Assembly (NCBI RefSeq): GCF_046119375.1 | Contig: NW_027362767.1 | Coordinates: 134,974,001 to 135,038,000, forward strand | Origin: Phyllobates terribilis | Lineage: Eukaryota | DNA: 64,000 bases | Reading direction: 5' to 3' | Shown here: one piece after another, positions 62,893 through 64,000 of the stretch | How the letters are laid out: the number at the start of each line of letters is the position of its first letter | How positions within the stretch are numbered: the first letter of the stretch is position 1 | Made by a program: the position numbers and the translations under genes | Notes under the pieces: model-generated | What the model saw: the letters and a program-made list of their open reading frames with translations, nothing else | What the model was told of the DNA's origin: nothing | Database searches by the model: none

Positions 62893-64000
62893 TTGATCTT
62901 AATGAAGGCATTCACAAGGAATACAAAGGGTTGACCACAACCAAACCTCCTAGTCTCCTCGTATGGTAAGTGACCAGGTTCAGCCTATTCTCAAATAACA
63001 GTTGGAAGAACAAACTGTAGACCCAAGTCCAGAAAGGCTCTGGCAAGATGCAGACACTGCCCAGATAGATCAGTAAAGGGAGCAGGTAAGTTTTGATCAG
63101 GTTTACCCTTTTGCTTAGGGTCAAAGAGCAACCCTTCCGTTGGTTCACCTTCTGAGTGGCGATCTCTCTAGCCTGCTGTCCTAATTTTGTTTAGGGTAAT
63201 CCCCCGGGTCAAATTCAATGGCAAGAACTTTTGGACTTTGGGTCCTGGACGGGTGTCCGGGAGATCAAAACCAGGATCTCCTCCCAGCCAGAGATTCACA
63301 CTTATCCCGGTTGATCATGAACCCGAATGCCTCCGAGTAGCGATTTACCTCTGACATCACCCGCTCTGCCTCCCATCAGAGGAAATAAAAACGGTGACAA
63401 TCAGCATACGCCACCACCCGGTCTATCCCGACCCCGGCCAACGGTCCACGCTCCTAAGAAGTGGGTCAATTGCAAACACGTACAGCAGCGGGCTCAAGGG
63501 ACAACACTGGCAAACACAAGACGCAACCTCAAAAGAGCTGCCAATCCAACCGTTCACAAGCAGGAAACTCTCCACCCCAGCGAACAAGGTCTTAAGCCAA
63601 TCAACAAAACTCCCCGACAGACCATACCTCAGAAGGACAGACCAGAGGTACTCATGATTAACCGGATCTAACCCTTTTGCCTGGTCCAGTGACAGCATGT
63701 ACTCCCCTCCAGTGGCCAGCCATACCCTGCTCCACTGCCTCTCGGACACAGAGCACAGCTCTAAATGTACTGCAGCCTAGAACAGAGCAATGCTGAGCCC
63801 CCCGAAAGGAGCCAGGGTGCAAATTTTACCAGCCGATTAAACAGCACCTTTGCCAAAACCTTCCTGTCTGCATTGAGAAGCGCTATGTGACACTAATTCA
63901 CAATGCAAGATGGGTCCTTACTCTTTGACAAGATGATCAGGGCAGACCTCCTCATTGACTTTGGCAGAGTGCCCGAGGAAAGACACTCATTGAATACCTC

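Larger units (their letters stand above)
61205..64000 (-). mobile_element. Tx1-clade ORF2 pseudogene (RT to C-terminal zinc motif), split by an L2 tail and a Harbinger element; continues past window end
   Basis: LSLDQAKGLDPVNHEYLW..CPLSPLLYVFAIDP (RT); KRVNLIKTYLLP; KIN|IANLWKERAPLW rejoined across the L2 insert; LRTLHGYLPAY; RNCSWEHCGTVLESMHHFLLHC. Confidence 0.9.

Noticed and set aside
51221-64000. ORF1 (51-53 kb) and ORF2 (61-64 kb) as one element
   Set aside because: They are on opposite strands with CART-B between them, so they are two separate copies.

Overview
Eukaryotic vertebrate genomic DNA, not prokaryotic. It is very probably an anuran (frog), inferred from TTAA-targeting T2-type MITEs, Tc1 elements, Tx1/L1/L2 LINEs and dense minisatellites. 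Four host genes, all on the + strand, can be built from the sequence: a single-exon LINGO-family LRR-Ig receptor (probably lingo4, 13723-15579), a 9-coding-exon creb3l4 (32554-35767), and two tandem 3-exon CART neuropeptide paralogs (37250-39970 and 55341-59341). Most of the rest is tandem repeat (a 12-kb satellite with ~5.5-kb higher-order periodicity, plus 31-, 41-, 36-, 68/72-, 35/36-, 42/24- and 91-97-bp arrays) and nested transposon relics. Most interesting: (1) a complete pol-less LTR element (18973-24364; exact GGAG TSD, tRNA-Ser PBS, PPT) whose internal region carries a cold-shock-domain-like (Y-box/Lin28-type RNP1/RNP2) motif; (2) the CART pair, in which each paralog retains only one of the two mammalian prohormone-convertase sites; (3) a repeat-borne cluster of CTCF-like motifs inside creb3l4; (4) repeated insertion of TEs at the edges of minisatellite arrays. 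Family assignments come from recalled sequence motifs; no database search was run.
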